DNA of 64,000 nucleotides from positions 54,426 through 118,425 of IMG/VR virus record IMGVR_UViG_3300013121_000009; one strand, given 5' to 3'. Every line of letters begins with the position of its first letter. Positions within the stretch are counted from its first letter, which is position 1. The stretch comes from a virus. Its lineage: Duplodnaviria > Caudoviricetes. The position numbers were made by a program, and so were the translations under genes. This document shows, piece by piece, positions 1 to 10,191 of the stretch. The notes below the pieces were generated by a model that ran no database searches, was not told the origin of the DNA, and worked only from the letters and a program-made list of their open reading frames with translations.

Positions 1-1
1 G

Positions 2-214
2 AACTCTGTAGTCCAAATTAATGAGAGTGGACAAGAAGGTTGGATTGGATGCTTGGTTCAGGTATCTGAAGTTAAATCTTGGGGCATTCAAGGCTGGGTT
101 AAGATTCCTATGCAAGGAGAAGCCTATATTCGAGTTAAGAATGGAGAATTTGATTATATTGGTGAAGCAGTTATGATTCACGGAAATCAAGTTTTAGATG
201 AAGAAGATAAGTGA
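2..214 (+). CDS. hypothetical protein, 5'-partial
   Basis: Open frame from the window edge (NSVVQINESG...VLDEEDK) to TGA at 212-214; overlaps next start; absent from ORF track. Confidence 0.7.
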   Translation, partial: NSVVQINESGQEGWIGCLVQVSEVKSWGIQGWVKIPMQGEAYIRVKNGEFDYIGEAVMIHGNQVLDEEDK

Positions 215-515
215 TAAACGTAGGGCTAGACTTAAGGAGAAATCTGAAGAGACTAGAAAACTACACATATTTATGAAAGAATGGTTTGATAAGCAGAACC
301 CAAAGGTTTGCTGGTCATGTGGTCAAAAACTATATGAATTTAGTACTGCTTATGTAGACCACCTTTTAAAAAAGAGCAAATATCCACAATACTCATTAGA
401 CGAAGATAATTTATTTTTGTGTTGCCTGCTGTGCCATGATTCAAAGGAAAATGGGCACCCAAAGCCAAAACATAAGGAAGCAATTCTAAACATTGAGAAG
501 ATTAAGGGAATATGA
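198..515 (+). CDS. HNH-family endonuclease (zinc-binding)
   Basis: CWSC...VDHLLKKS...NLFLCCLLCH matches CxxC-DH-N-CxxCH HNH pattern. Confidence 0.75.
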   Translation: MKKISDKRRARLKEKSEETRKLHIFMKEWFDKQNPKVCWSCGQKLYEFSTAYVDHLLKKSKYPQYSLDEDNLFLCCLLCHDSKENGHPKPKHKEAILNIEKIKGI

Positions 516-525
516 ATTTTGTGTT

Positions 526-572
526 AACTCTAGGATAAATATTCCTAGAGTTTCATATTTTATGTATATTTG
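526..572 (+). promoter_or_regulatory. Bacteroidota-type promoter -7 element with upstream 10-bp inverted repeat
   Basis: TATATTTG (TAnnTTTG) at 565-572, 16 nt before ATG 589; AACTCTAGGA (526-535)/TCCTAGAGTT (543-552). Confidence 0.55.
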
Positions 573-588
573 CTAATAAACAAAATAT

Positions 589-978
589 ATGCAGGTAAAA
601 ATTTTAGTTATAGAGAAGGAAGATATTAATCAGGAAGTAAGTAATCAGCTTTCCAGATTTATGGAAGAACATAATAGAGAACTTACTGATGAAGAAAAGC
701 AAGAACGAGAGTTGAGAAGATTAATATCAGGAGAAGAAGAAATGAAACCTCCACCAATCTTCCGCCAAGAAGTAAATATGCTAGATTTTGCAGAGTTTGT
801 AGATTTTTATTTTAAGAAATCATCTGTAGATTGTATATTTAAGTCACCAAAGGCTGTATCAACTCCGAAATATACTGACGTGGAATTAATGGTCATAAAA
901 ATTGGATCAGTAGAATATGAAGCGTTATTTGACCAAGAAATATTTAATGAATTAATAGAACATTTAAACAAAGACTAA
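589..978 (+). CDS. hypothetical protein
   Basis: 129-aa ORF, TAATG-coupled to next ORF. Confidence 0.75.
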   Translation: MQVKILVIEKEDINQEVSNQLSRFMEEHNRELTDEEKQERELRRLISGEEEMKPPPIFRQEVNMLDFAEFVDFYFKKSSVDCIFKSPKAVSTPKYTDVELMVIKIGSVEYEALFDQEIFNELIEHLNKD

Positions 979-1346
979 TGATTTTTAACTATATTGAAGA
1001 AAAGCCAATTCCAACAGATGATAAAGGTGGATTTGAAGTTATCAAACTCCATAAAGGTTTTAACATTGACCATATGATAGATTATGTATTAGTAAGTAAA
1101 CTATCAGATGGGAAAATACTTAAGAACTTATTTATAAGAATGAATCAATCTAATACTGTAGAAGTTCCTAAAGAATTTATTACAGGAAAAGGAAGAAAGG
1201 AAATAAAATATGTAAAGGAAGTAATGCCAATTGAACATAAGATTTTTGACACTGAGACAGTAGATGCATTTTTGACAGCTTTAGGAATTGACCCAACAGC
1301 ATCAAACGTATTTGAAGAAGTCAAAGAGCTAGAAACCACTATATAA
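978..1346 (+). CDS. hypothetical protein
   Basis: 122-aa ORF followed by terminator. Confidence 0.75.
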   Translation: MIFNYIEEKPIPTDDKGGFEVIKLHKGFNIDHMIDYVLVSKLSDGKILKNLFIRMNQSNTVEVPKEFITGKGRKEIKYVKEVMPIEHKIFDTETVDAFLTALGIDPTASNVFEEVKELETTI

Positions 1347-1362
1347 TTTTGTTTTTTAAAGT

Positions 1363-1405
1363 AAAAGGAGAGATGGGTAACACCGTCTCTCCTTTTTTTT
1401 TTTTT
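1363..1405. terminator. bidirectional intrinsic terminator between convergent genome arms
   Basis: AAAAGGAGAGATGG-gtaaca-CCGTCTCTCC followed by a 13-T run; A-run on the other side. Confidence 0.9.
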
Positions 1406-1418
1406 GCCAGGTCTTTTC

Positions 1419-4400
1419 CTAGTTTATCTGAACCATATAATCGTATGATTTCAGTAACTGCTTAGGATGTGTAATATTTAATTTTAATCCTAGTGCTCTC
1501 ATAAATTGAGCTACTACTTTAGAATCACCCTTATTAAATAATGGAGTATCTTTCTGGTAGTATAAATCTTCTTCAAACCAATCATATCCCATAGTAGAAC
1601 CTACTGCATTTATTGGAGTAACTATTATATTAGTTAATAGGTTATATAGATTACCTACAGATCCCATAGCTACATAAGGAGTTTTTAATACTGAATAAGT
1701 TTCTTGTAAAGAAATAGGTGGAGCAGATGTTTGAAGCTCATGTCCAATTCTTAATAAGATGTACTGAGCAAACATTGCAGCATCTCCATCATCATCGTCA
1801 TCATAGTAACCTAAAGCTAGAAGAAGCATCATAAATCCAGCCATCATGTAGAGTTCTATCATAGTTTTTTTGATAGCTGCCACTTGCTGGTCTGTATATT
1901 GTTCAGTAAGAGAAGAGTCTTTTACAAATGGTGCAGCAAGTGTTGCTCCTAACTTCTTAATAACATTTTGTCTATACATTATTAAATCTCTAAGAAAAGT
2001 CATTATAAATACTTTGTAATGACCTTCTCGATAGGTACCCATTTCAAGATCAAACCTTTTCATTCCAAATCTATTTACAAAAAGTGGAATAAAGAACTTT
2101 TTCATAAAAATCATTAATCTAGCAACAGAGTATTTTTCTACTAGAGATTGGTCAAATTTAGCATATGAACCATTCAATGCTTTATTTATAGCATGAATTT
2201 TATTAGTAAAATCTTTTAAATGTTCATATGTTAAAGGAACACCTTCTTCATATTCTATTCCATCCTTGATTTTAGGTAAACCTTTATCTCCTTTTTCAAA
2301 AGCATCCATAAGAGAAATAGCAACCCTTTTTCCATTAGTTACTTTGAATACTTTCTTAGCATTCATCATAGCTATGAACGTTGATACTTGAAGTTCCCAT
2401 TCTCCCATATTTTTACCAAAGAAGAATAGGTTTTTAGCTCCTGCTCTGCGTGTAGACCATTGTTCTTTTTCTCCAAATTCATTTTCGAATTCTCCCTGGA
2501 GTGGATCAAAAAAGTCAAGCATCTGTCCAAATAGAGATTTATCGTGAGTTTTACCTGCATCTGTCACTATATCTCTAATAGTTTCAGGTCTTATTAAGTA
2601 AAGTTTGGCTCTTTTAAAATCTTCTTTGAAGTTAAATTCTTGATTACCAGTAGCTTCAATAAGCATTTGAAGATTACCAGAGAAGAAGTTCACTATCCAG
2701 TTAGGAATATTAAGGAACATCATATTTTTACCAGCAAAGCTATTAATAGCATCAGCTATCTTGGTATCTGTTAAAGTTTTTCCAAATGTAAACATATTGT
2801 TAACTGATACTAAATCTTTCTTAAATTCATCATAGAATATTCTGTTTATTAAGTCTCTAATATTATTTAGACGAGTGCTATCTGTAGAATTAACAGATAC
2901 ATTTAAACCTAGATTTAAACTTTTATTCAATTTATCTTTTACGACATTTACGAAACCTTCTTTTTTAACTTTATGTGAAGATAGTGCTCCTTCAAGAGTT
3001 TCAAAGAATGCGAGTTTTTTCTCTAGTATCTTAGCTTTTGTAGCTGACATCTGATATTTAAGAATAGAACCAAATACATCGTAGGATTGATCTTCCATGT
3101 CTATATCTTGAGAATATCTTACTGGAATAAATTTAGTCTCTTCTCCTGATAAGTTAGCAAGTACATGTCTATCTTTAAGTCCTAAATCCTTGAGACCATC
3201 TGAATAATCTTGAGCGTTTTGATATAGATTCCTCATAGAACCTTTAATAGTATTATATACTCCTTCATCAGTTATTCTTTCCCATGTGGATTTCTCAATT
3301 GAAGGAATAGCATAATACAATTTATTTGAAGTATTCAAACCTTTTTGTATTTCTTGCATTTCTTTCATTAAGAATTGAATATTCTCAAAGTTAACTCTAT
3401 CTTTTTCAGAAGTTCCTCTTTCTAGTTGAATATAAGAAGCTTTTCCTGCATTATCATCACCTTCTAATTGAGAAGGTTTATAATATTTAGAAGTTTTCTT
3501 TAGCTTTGGTCTACCAAACTCATCCTTATAGTTAGGATTTAACCATTCATCATTAACAAAAGATGTAGTATAAGCTAGAGAAGGAACTTCTTCATAGTAA
3601 TTAGAATCTAAAGGAACAGTTCTCCTATAGATATAAATTGGAATTTCTTCGTCCTTCTTGATAGGATTCATGTTTTCATCTACCTGTAAGTTTCCATTTT
3701 TATACGTATTTTTCTGTATAGTTAGATGCGAATTAGAATACCAAGGAGTAGACTTAAACTCATTAAATAAAGCTGGGTCTATATTAACTTGGTTAGGAGT
3801 AATTGTAGTCCCAGTTTCTGCTGATTTTCTAGCACAGAATTTAGATAGTTCTCTATTATAATCTTCATAATACTGTTCAGTATTTTCTCTTACTTGTAAA
3901 TCAGATAAGGCATCAAAAAGGGTATATAGGGTTTGTTTATCTTCATCTGTCATACCTAGAGACTCAATAGAGTTTTTAAGTCTGTCTATTTCTAATTCTT
4001 TACCTTTTACTTCTTTTAGAGTAGCTTCAGGGATAATCTGTGTAGTAAATTCTCCTTCATTTTTATAAGGAGCTGTTATTCTAAAAAGGGACTTCCATAC
4101 AGCTTGAATTCTTTCTTGAGTATTATCCGAACCAACTTGATATTCTTTCATGATAGTTTCAATCATGTTAAAGATTTCATCCCTATGTTCATAAAATTCT
4201 GGTTTGAGTACTGTTCTTGAATTGCGAGCATTCCACTCAGCAAATTCACGAGAATCTTCACCAAAGTCATTAATCATATTTTGTTTTAATCTTTGCCATA
4301 AGAATATATTAGTCTTAGTGGTTCTAAATTTCTTAAGATTTTCCCTTCTCTTTAATAAGAGTTGCTGAACTTCTTTATCAATACCAGTTTTTGGTGAGCC

Positions 4401-7400
4401 ATCTTCATGTAATTCTGAAAATAATAATGAATATTGTCTCCAGAGTTCAATAATTCTTTCAGCATGTTCTTGACTAATATCTCCTTGTAAATACTGAGTT
4501 GTTGAATAGCCTGATTTAATAGTGCGAATTTCATCAAAGATAGTATCAACCATCTCTTTAGGATTAAGAGTTCTTTTTCCATCAGTAAAATCTTTATCAA
4601 TTTCTTTTAGAACTCTATAGTATTCGTCCTTATATTTATTTTCGAAATGAAGTAACTTATAAGCTTTAATATTAGCTTTAGCTTTATCAATTTCAATTTT
4701 AGCCTTAGCTTCAGCTAAAACATCACTCTTCTTCCTAGCTTCATCTTTGGCTTTAGTAGCCTTGTTTAACTCATATGTTAATTTATCTAGGTGATAGAAA
4801 ACATGCTCATCAATATCCGAGATTAGATGAAGTTGTTTATGTTCTAGCCCAGTCATTGTATCAATTCTGGAAACAACATAAATCAAATCTTGATTCATTT
4901 TTTTAATTCTATCACGAATATCACCAAAAACCTTTATTCTTTTTTCAAATTCTCTACCAAATCTTTCAGAATTTTCTATAGATTTAAATCTTAAATCCAT
5001 TAAGGAATCTTTTAGAATATTAGTAGAAGCAGATATAATATAGTCTGGGTTTGACATATTAGCCATAAAATTGGAATAGAACCAGTCTGAATCACCTAAT
5101 TCACCTTTAATCATTTCTCTAATTACAGATTCACTTGGTAAACTTTCTATTTCCTCTTGATATTTTTCAATATCATTTTGAATTTTTTTTCTTCTATTAT
5201 CATCAGCAGGTAGTGAATCTAAAAGTTGCTGTTTTTTCTGTTTTCTATCTATGAGTTCCCTTGCTACCCTATCTTTATATTCTTGTGGAAACTGAGCATT
5301 TAAAACTTTAGCAAGAACTGGTAGAGTTCTATCTTCATATGTTCTTTCTATTTGATCAATATAATCTAACCCTTTACCAACCATTTGTTTGAAAAGATTA
5401 CTATCTTCAACTTCTGCTAGGTGATTAAGTTTAATTTCTTCTAAAATAGGTCTATAAGAAACAGCTAGTAATTTTAGTTTGCCCCATTCTGACAACATGT
5501 CAAAATCATCTTCATATTCTTTACCAATCAATGAAAGCTGATTTTGTCTTATATTTTCTAGAGAATTACTAATTTGTTGAATAAAACCTAGGTACTGAAC
5601 AACAGATGCCCTAAAGACATCTATTCCTTTCTCTTTATTTTTAAAGATATGTATTATATTTGAACGTATTAACTTAATAACATCTTCTGAGAAGTCTCCA
5701 GATCTTTCTTGGAATTTATCAAAGAGATGTCTTTTGAATTCATCTTCTGAATTTCCATATTGCTTGATGGTTGACTCTATAATTTCGAAGATTTCTTCTA
5801 GTCCCTTGGAAAGATTTTCTGAATTCTTTAATTGGTTTTCTATAGTTTCACCTTCAAGTTCAAGTTGAGTTTTAACTCTAGGTCTTTCTACAGGAGTGTG
5901 TATAATCTTGTCAGCAAAGTTTTTGTTATACTTAACTTGGTATTTCTGTAATTGGTTTTTATCGAATGAATGTCTATTAGAAAATGGGTTGAAATCTATT
6001 TGTATAGGGAACTGGATAACTGGTTTTCCATTTCTAGAAGCTATTTCTACACTAATTGGAGAATCTTCAGTTTCTTGAATACCCTTTTCTCTTCCTATAA
6101 AGATAGGAACTATTTGTAAGTCAACTACTTTTATTCCAGTTAATTCTAGAAGTTTAGCATAGGCTGATAATTGCTTTTCGAAGTATTTTTGCCTAATCTT
6201 AGAAGCTGCTTGACCATCAAAACCAAAATACATCTCATCCATCTTTTTTTCAGAGATGTTATCTGCATCATCAGCTATCATTGGTAACATATTCTTAAAA
6301 TCATGAATAATAGCAGTACCATCTTCTAGAATTTCTATAATATCAGGTGTTCCAGCTACTCTATTATTCTGTTCTATCTGATTAATAGCTTTTCTATCTC
6401 CTAGAGTAACTTCAGTTAGAACTATTGAACCTTTGTCTCTGAGTGCTTGTACATATTTAGCTATATAATCAAGTATAGCTAAAGACACTTCCTTATTTCC
6501 ACCAAAGAATTTGTTTAAATCGGATTTTTCTGCTATCTCATTGAGATTAATTTTAGATATAGGTTTTCCTTGGTTTACCAATTGATTTAATAAGCTATGA
6601 ACAGCAGTACCTACTTCAGCAAACTCTAAGAATATGTTAGAGAATTTAGATACTTGTATCTTTTGAGATACAGAAATATAAGGTACTGTTATTCCTGTAT
6701 CATCTAGAGTAGAATATGTATGACCGACTGCTTCAAAATCAAATAAGTTTGTATTATCTATAACACTATCTAGAGATTCTTCCTGAGATACAGTTTTAGG
6801 CATATCCTGAAGATTCTTAATCTGATCTTCAGATAAGTGAAAATTAGTAGCACTTGGGATATCTCCTAAATTAATAGTAGTTCCTGTCTGCATTAAGTGC
6901 TTAATTAACTCTTGAGCAGACATATTAGGTAAATCCATAATATCAGATTGGATATCTGGATTAGAACCTATCATTCTTTCTACAAGACTTAAAAGCCAAT
7001 CCTTAAATTTTTGCCACCAACTTTTAGCCTTTTCATCATCTATAGCTCCAGACATCATTCTAGAAAGAGCCTGGGTTAGAAACTCTCTATTCAAATCTAG
7101 AATAGAATCATAAACATCTTTGTATTCTTCAAATATACTATCTTTTAACTCAGGAAATAATTGCTTTGCTTCTAATAGAAGACTTTGGTAAAGTGAGCTA
7201 TTTTCTACTTCTAATGCATTAACAAAGGGGTGTAGATACTCTTCAATAGCTACATCCTGAGTAACCCTTTCCTTTATTAAGTAAACGTTACCATTATGAT
7301 AAAAAGATATTACCTTCTTGTTAAGTTTATCTATAGCTCTGAACTGTCTTTGAATCTCTTCTGGGAGAGTACTTATTTGAGCTTCAGTAATGACTCTAGT

Positions 7401-8321
7401 TCTAATTTGTGGAAATAATTTAGAAAATCTGTCAATAATTGGTTTTATTGCACTTGAGAAAAACTTTTCTGGAGATATTGACTTGTTAATATTTAAGAAA
7501 ATTTTTTCTTCAGATTTTTCATCAATTTTTACTTCATTCCATGTATTTCCGTATTCGTCAGTAATTAATGCTGGGTTATATCCTTGTTTTTTAAGAATGT
7601 TAGTTACAGTGTTCTCATAGAAATTATAAATAGGTTTTAAAGCACCAAATCCTTCTTTTTCAATTCTATCAAGTTCTTGTTTAAGTTGTTTTATTTCATT
7701 ATTAATATCTTCTACATTTTTTAAAGAATCTTTTAAAGAACTTGTAGGGGATGCAGAATAAAAGTTTTCTCTACCATTTATTCTTCTAAATTCATTAGCT
7801 TCTTCTTCAGTATTAAAATAATGTTTTTTATTACCAGTTACCTCACTAACCAACCAAGGTTTATTATTACTTGCAGTTTTCTTTTTTTCTTCAAGTTCTT
7901 TAATCCTATCTTCTTTCTGCTTTTTAAACTCTTCTAAAGTAGTGTGGCCTTCTACTTTACTTGCTGTATTACCACTAGGAAATAATACTTTCTCATATCC
8001 TTTCTTAGCACTATCTTGTATAATAGATTTAACAAAGAATGTAACCCAGTTGTTATCTTTGTTTAGAAGTTGAAGAAATTGGTTTTCTTTAGTTTTAGAA
8101 AGTTCGTCTGCCCATTGCATAGCTTCCTTACCAGTAATTGACCCTTCTTTTTCAGCAGCCTCTAAATCTTTAGTATTAGTTAATAATTGATTAGTTCTAC
8201 CTTTTTGAAATACATCAGATTGTACTTCTAGTATTCTACGAGTTTTAGGTTGTTGACTTTGTAACAACTTAATTAATTCTCCTTCTGTGTATTTTACACC
8301 TTTATATTCGTAACAAGCCAT
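1419..8321 (-). CDS. giant virion cargo/polyvalent protein (half of an ExQSD domain, zincin-like EExxH, PD-(D/E)XK nuclease, long helical C-terminus)
   Basis: 2300 aa; RILEVQSD; EEYLH (7230-7244); GTAVH..EVTL..AGTPDII..IHDFK..QLSAY (~6100-6730); last gene of the cargo cluster as in crAss-like phages. Confidence 0.8.
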   Translation of the reverse strand: MACYEYKGVKYTEGELIKLLQSQQPKTRRILEVQSDVFQKGRTNQLLTNTKDLEAAEKEGSITGKEAMQWADELSKTKENQFLQLLNKDNNWVTFFVKSIIQDSAKKGYEKVLFPSGNTASKVEGHTTLEEFKKQKEDRIKELEEKKKTASNNKPWLVSEVTGNKKHYFNTEEEANEFRRINGRENFYSASPTSSLKDSLKNVEDINNEIKQLKQELDRIEKEGFGALKPIYNFYENTVTNILKKQGYNPALITDEYGNTWNEVKIDEKSEEKIFLNINKSISPEKFFSSAIKPIIDRFSKLFPQIRTRVITEAQISTLPEEIQRQFRAIDKLNKKVISFYHNGNVYLIKERVTQDVAIEEYLHPFVNALEVENSSLYQSLLLEAKQLFPELKDSIFEEYKDVYDSILDLNREFLTQALSRMMSGAIDDEKAKSWWQKFKDWLLSLVERMIGSNPDIQSDIMDLPNMSAQELIKHLMQTGTTINLGDIPSATNFHLSEDQIKNLQDMPKTVSQEESLDSVIDNTNLFDFEAVGHTYSTLDDTGITVPYISVSQKIQVSKFSNIFLEFAEVGTAVHSLLNQLVNQGKPISKINLNEIAEKSDLNKFFGGNKEVSLAILDYIAKYVQALRDKGSIVLTEVTLGDRKAINQIEQNNRVAGTPDIIEILEDGTAIIHDFKNMLPMIADDADNISEKKMDEMYFGFDGQAASKIRQKYFEKQLSAYAKLLELTGIKVVDLQIVPIFIGREKGIQETEDSPISVEIASRNGKPVIQFPIQIDFNPFSNRHSFDKNQLQKYQVKYNKNFADKIIHTPVERPRVKTQLELEGETIENQLKNSENLSKGLEEIFEIIESTIKQYGNSEDEFKRHLFDKFQERSGDFSEDVIKLIRSNIIHIFKNKEKGIDVFRASVVQYLGFIQQISNSLENIRQNQLSLIGKEYEDDFDMLSEWGKLKLLAVSYRPILEEIKLNHLAEVEDSNLFKQMVGKGLDYIDQIERTYEDRTLPVLAKVLNAQFPQEYKDRVARELIDRKQKKQQLLDSLPADDNRRKKIQNDIEKYQEEIESLPSESVIREMIKGELGDSDWFYSNFMANMSNPDYIISASTNILKDSLMDLRFKSIENSERFGREFEKRIKVFGDIRDRIKKMNQDLIYVVSRIDTMTGLEHKQLHLISDIDEHVFYHLDKLTYELNKATKAKDEARKKSDVLAEAKAKIEIDKAKANIKAYKLLHFENKYKDEYYRVLKEIDKDFTDGKRTLNPKEMVDTIFDEIRTIKSGYSTTQYLQGDISQEHAERIIELWRQYSLLFSELHEDGSPKTGIDKEVQQLLLKRRENLKKFRTTKTNIFLWQRLKQNMINDFGEDSREFAEWNARNSRTVLKPEFYEHRDEIFNMIETIMKEYQVGSDNTQERIQAVWKSLFRITAPYKNEGEFTTQIIPEATLKEVKGKELEIDRLKNSIESLGMTDEDKQTLYTLFDALSDLQVRENTEQYYEDYNRELSKFCARKSAETGTTITPNQVNIDPALFNEFKSTPWYSNSHLTIQKNTYKNGNLQVDENMNPIKKDEEIPIYIYRRTVPLDSNYYEEVPSLAYTTSFVNDEWLNPNYKDEFGRPKLKKTSKYYKPSQLEGDDNAGKASYIQLERGTSEKDRVNFENIQFLMKEMQEIQKGLNTSNKLYYAIPSIEKSTWERITDEGVYNTIKGSMRNLYQNAQDYSDGLKDLGLKDRHVLANLSGEETKFIPVRYSQDIDMEDQSYDVFGSILKYQMSATKAKILEKKLAFFETLEGALSSHKVKKEGFVNVVKDKLNKSLNLGLNVSVNSTDSTRLNNIRDLINRIFYDEFKKDLVSVNNMFTFGKTLTDTKIADAINSFAGKNMMFLNIPNWIVNFFSGNLQMLIEATGNQEFNFKEDFKRAKLYLIRPETIRDIVTDAGKTHDKSLFGQMLDFFDPLQGEFENEFGEKEQWSTRRAGAKNLFFFGKNMGEWELQVSTFIAMMNAKKVFKVTNGKRVAISLMDAFEKGDKGLPKIKDGIEYEEGVPLTYEHLKDFTNKIHAINKALNGSYAKFDQSLVEKYSVARLMIFMKKFFIPLFVNRFGMKRFDLEMGTYREGHYKVFIMTFLRDLIMYRQNVIKKLGATLAAPFVKDSSLTEQYTDQQVAAIKKTMIELYMMAGFMMLLLALGYYDDDDDGDAAMFAQYILLRIGHELQTSAPPISLQETYSVLKTPYVAMGSVGNLYNLLTNIIVTPINAVGSTMGYDWFEEDLYYQKDTPLFNKGDSKVVAQFMRALGLKLNITHPKQLLKSYDYMVQIN

Positions 8322-8323
8322 AA

Positions 8324-8809
8324 TTAATTATTGTTTAATTTTTTAAGTTCCCAAGCTTTAATATTAGCTTGTCTACGTTTTTCAATAGTTTCTGGAGATT
8401 GTTTCCTACCTTTTAAAGTATTAGCAATCTTACTTTTAATCTCTTCAGAATGTCCAACTTCTCTATGAAACTTTTTTACAGAATCTGAAATTTTAGATTT
8501 AACTTCTTCTGTATGATTTAAACCCCATCTTCCTTCCACTTTTGAACAAATATTATAATTAGGTTTTAAAGTATCAATATAATATTGTTCTTTTATAGGT
8601 AATTCTTCTTTACTACATTCTTCTATTAAAAACATTGTAAAATTATCTTTATCATATTTATTATAAGAATTTTGAAGATGGGTATTTTTATGAATACCTA
8701 ATCTTAATCTTCTAAAATGGTCAGATTTTCTATTATAGAAATGTGTAGCACTTCCTATATAAAATTTACCATTTGCTTTATTTTCTATTTTATATATTCC
8801 TGTTTTCAT
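8324..8809 (-). CDS. free-standing GIY-YIG homing endonuclease with NUMOD3 repeats
   Basis: MKTGIYKIENKANGKFYIGSA; HTEEVKSKIS/HSEEIKSKIA/QSPETIEKR; start moved to ATG 8809 (TAATG overlap). Confidence 0.92.
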   Translation of the reverse strand: MKTGIYKIENKANGKFYIGSATHFYNRKSDHFRRLRLGIHKNTHLQNSYNKYDKDNFTMFLIEECSKEELPIKEQYYIDTLKPNYNICSKVEGRWGLNHTEEVKSKISDSVKKFHREVGHSEEIKSKIANTLKGRKQSPETIEKRRQANIKAWELKKLNNN

Positions 8810-10191
8810 TATCCGCAAGGTACTTTTTTTATTGTTCCTGAAGCAATTAAATCTTCTAAAAATCCTGTAAAAGGATATTTGTCATCTGAACGAAACCAAC
8901 CAATACCATTATCAGTACTAAACTGTGCATGACCTTTAATAGAAGGTGTAATACCTGGAGTACTTATTTCATTCTCAGTATAATTAGTGCCACCTGGAAC
9001 TGTTAGATTAGAATAATATTGAGTTGGTTGTCCTTTTTCTTGTGATATAATACCTCTATCTGTATAAAACTCACTTTCTTCTGGAGCTATTGATTTAGTT
9101 GCAATAGCAGTATTAATCTCAACAGTATGAGAATAGTTAGCTAAAAGGTTGGTCAATATCTCCTCTCTATTTCTTGTACCAAAAGAAAGGATTAAATCTT
9201 TCTGTTCTTTAGGTATTTGAAGTTCTGTTAGAATTTTATCAATAGACCAACCATTTTTATCTCCTTTTCTAAATGTTTCATCGGCCTCAGGGCTCGATAA
9301 TATTTTTACTGATTTTAATGAATAATCAACATTAAATTGAGTTTTATTTGAAGGATTAAATGATGTTCTATTTTTCCAAATCTTTGAACCATCTTCTGTT
9401 TGAGTATATTTTGGTCCGAGTTTTTCTTTATATTTCATAGAATTTACTACAGGTTTCCCTGTAATATTTGCTATTTTTTGAAGAATTTCTGAGGCTATAC
9501 CTATACCTCTAATTTCGATTGGAAGTTGTATAAAATTTACAACTATTTCAGAACCCATATCTCTTATTATAACTTGGGATTGACCTGTTTCGAAGTCTTC
9601 TGAATTTTCATCTACAATTTGCTCTTTGCCAAGAAAAACATTAACATTCTGATTATCACCAGAAGTTCTTCCTAATTTTACAGTAATATTACTTCTAACT
9701 TTTGGAGTAGGTTTACTAAGATGAAATTGAATTTCCTTAGAGTTTTCTTTCTCAAATCTCCTATTTGTTTCCTTAATAATATCATCAATCTTCTGAACTT
9801 GTTCAGAAATTTCATTCTGAGAACTAGTATCTGAATCACCTTCATCATTGATAAAGTTAACTTCCTTATTAACTGTATTATAAGTATCCTTATATTTTTG
9901 CCAGTAAGTTTCTACCAGAGAGTCAGATGGCTTAATATAGATGTACTGCCCACCAGGGATTTGTCCTCTGGAAGCAATAGCTTCTTTGAAATTTGTATTA
10001 AGTTTTAAAACCATAGACTTGGCATAACCCTGTGCTAAATCTTGCCTTCCTTGAAATTTATCTATAGAAATAAATAAATCATTTCCTAGAGCAATAGCTT
10101 TAGGTTTTCCATCTCTATGTGCATTTATTACTAAATTCTGGGCCTTTTTGATAATCCCTTTTTCTATATCTATTCTACATTTTAAGCTCAT
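8809..10191 (-). CDS. virion cargo protein with GNAT-like domain and N-half of ExQSD domain
   Basis: Likely start ATG 10191 (TAATG overlap, MSLKC); IRGIGIASEIL GNAT motif A; PGGTNYTE...GHAQF..IGWFRSDD near C-terminus. Confidence 0.7.
   Translation of the reverse strand: MSLKCRIDIEKGIIKKAQNLVINAHRDGKPKAIALGNDLFISIDKFQGRQDLAQGYAKSMVLKLNTNFKEAIASRGQIPGGQYIYIKPSDSLVETYWQKYKDTYNTVNKEVNFINDEGDSDTSSQNEISEQVQKIDDIIKETNRRFEKENSKEIQFHLSKPTPKVRSNITVKLGRTSGDNQNVNVFLGKEQIVDENSEDFETGQSQVIIRDMGSEIVVNFIQLPIEIRGIGIASEILQKIANITGKPVVNSMKYKEKLGPKYTQTEDGSKIWKNRTSFNPSNKTQFNVDYSLKSVKILSSPEADETFRKGDKNGWSIDKILTELQIPKEQKDLILSFGTRNREEILTNLLANYSHTVEINTAIATKSIAPEESEFYTDRGIISQEKGQPTQYYSNLTVPGGTNYTENEISTPGITPSIKGHAQFSTDNGIGWFRSDDKYPFTGFLEDLIASGTIKKVPCG

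Noticed and set aside
8324-8818. Group I intron housing the first GIY-YIG gene
   Set aside because: No non-coding flanks; the ORF abuts both neighbours, which have their own stop and start with translational coupling
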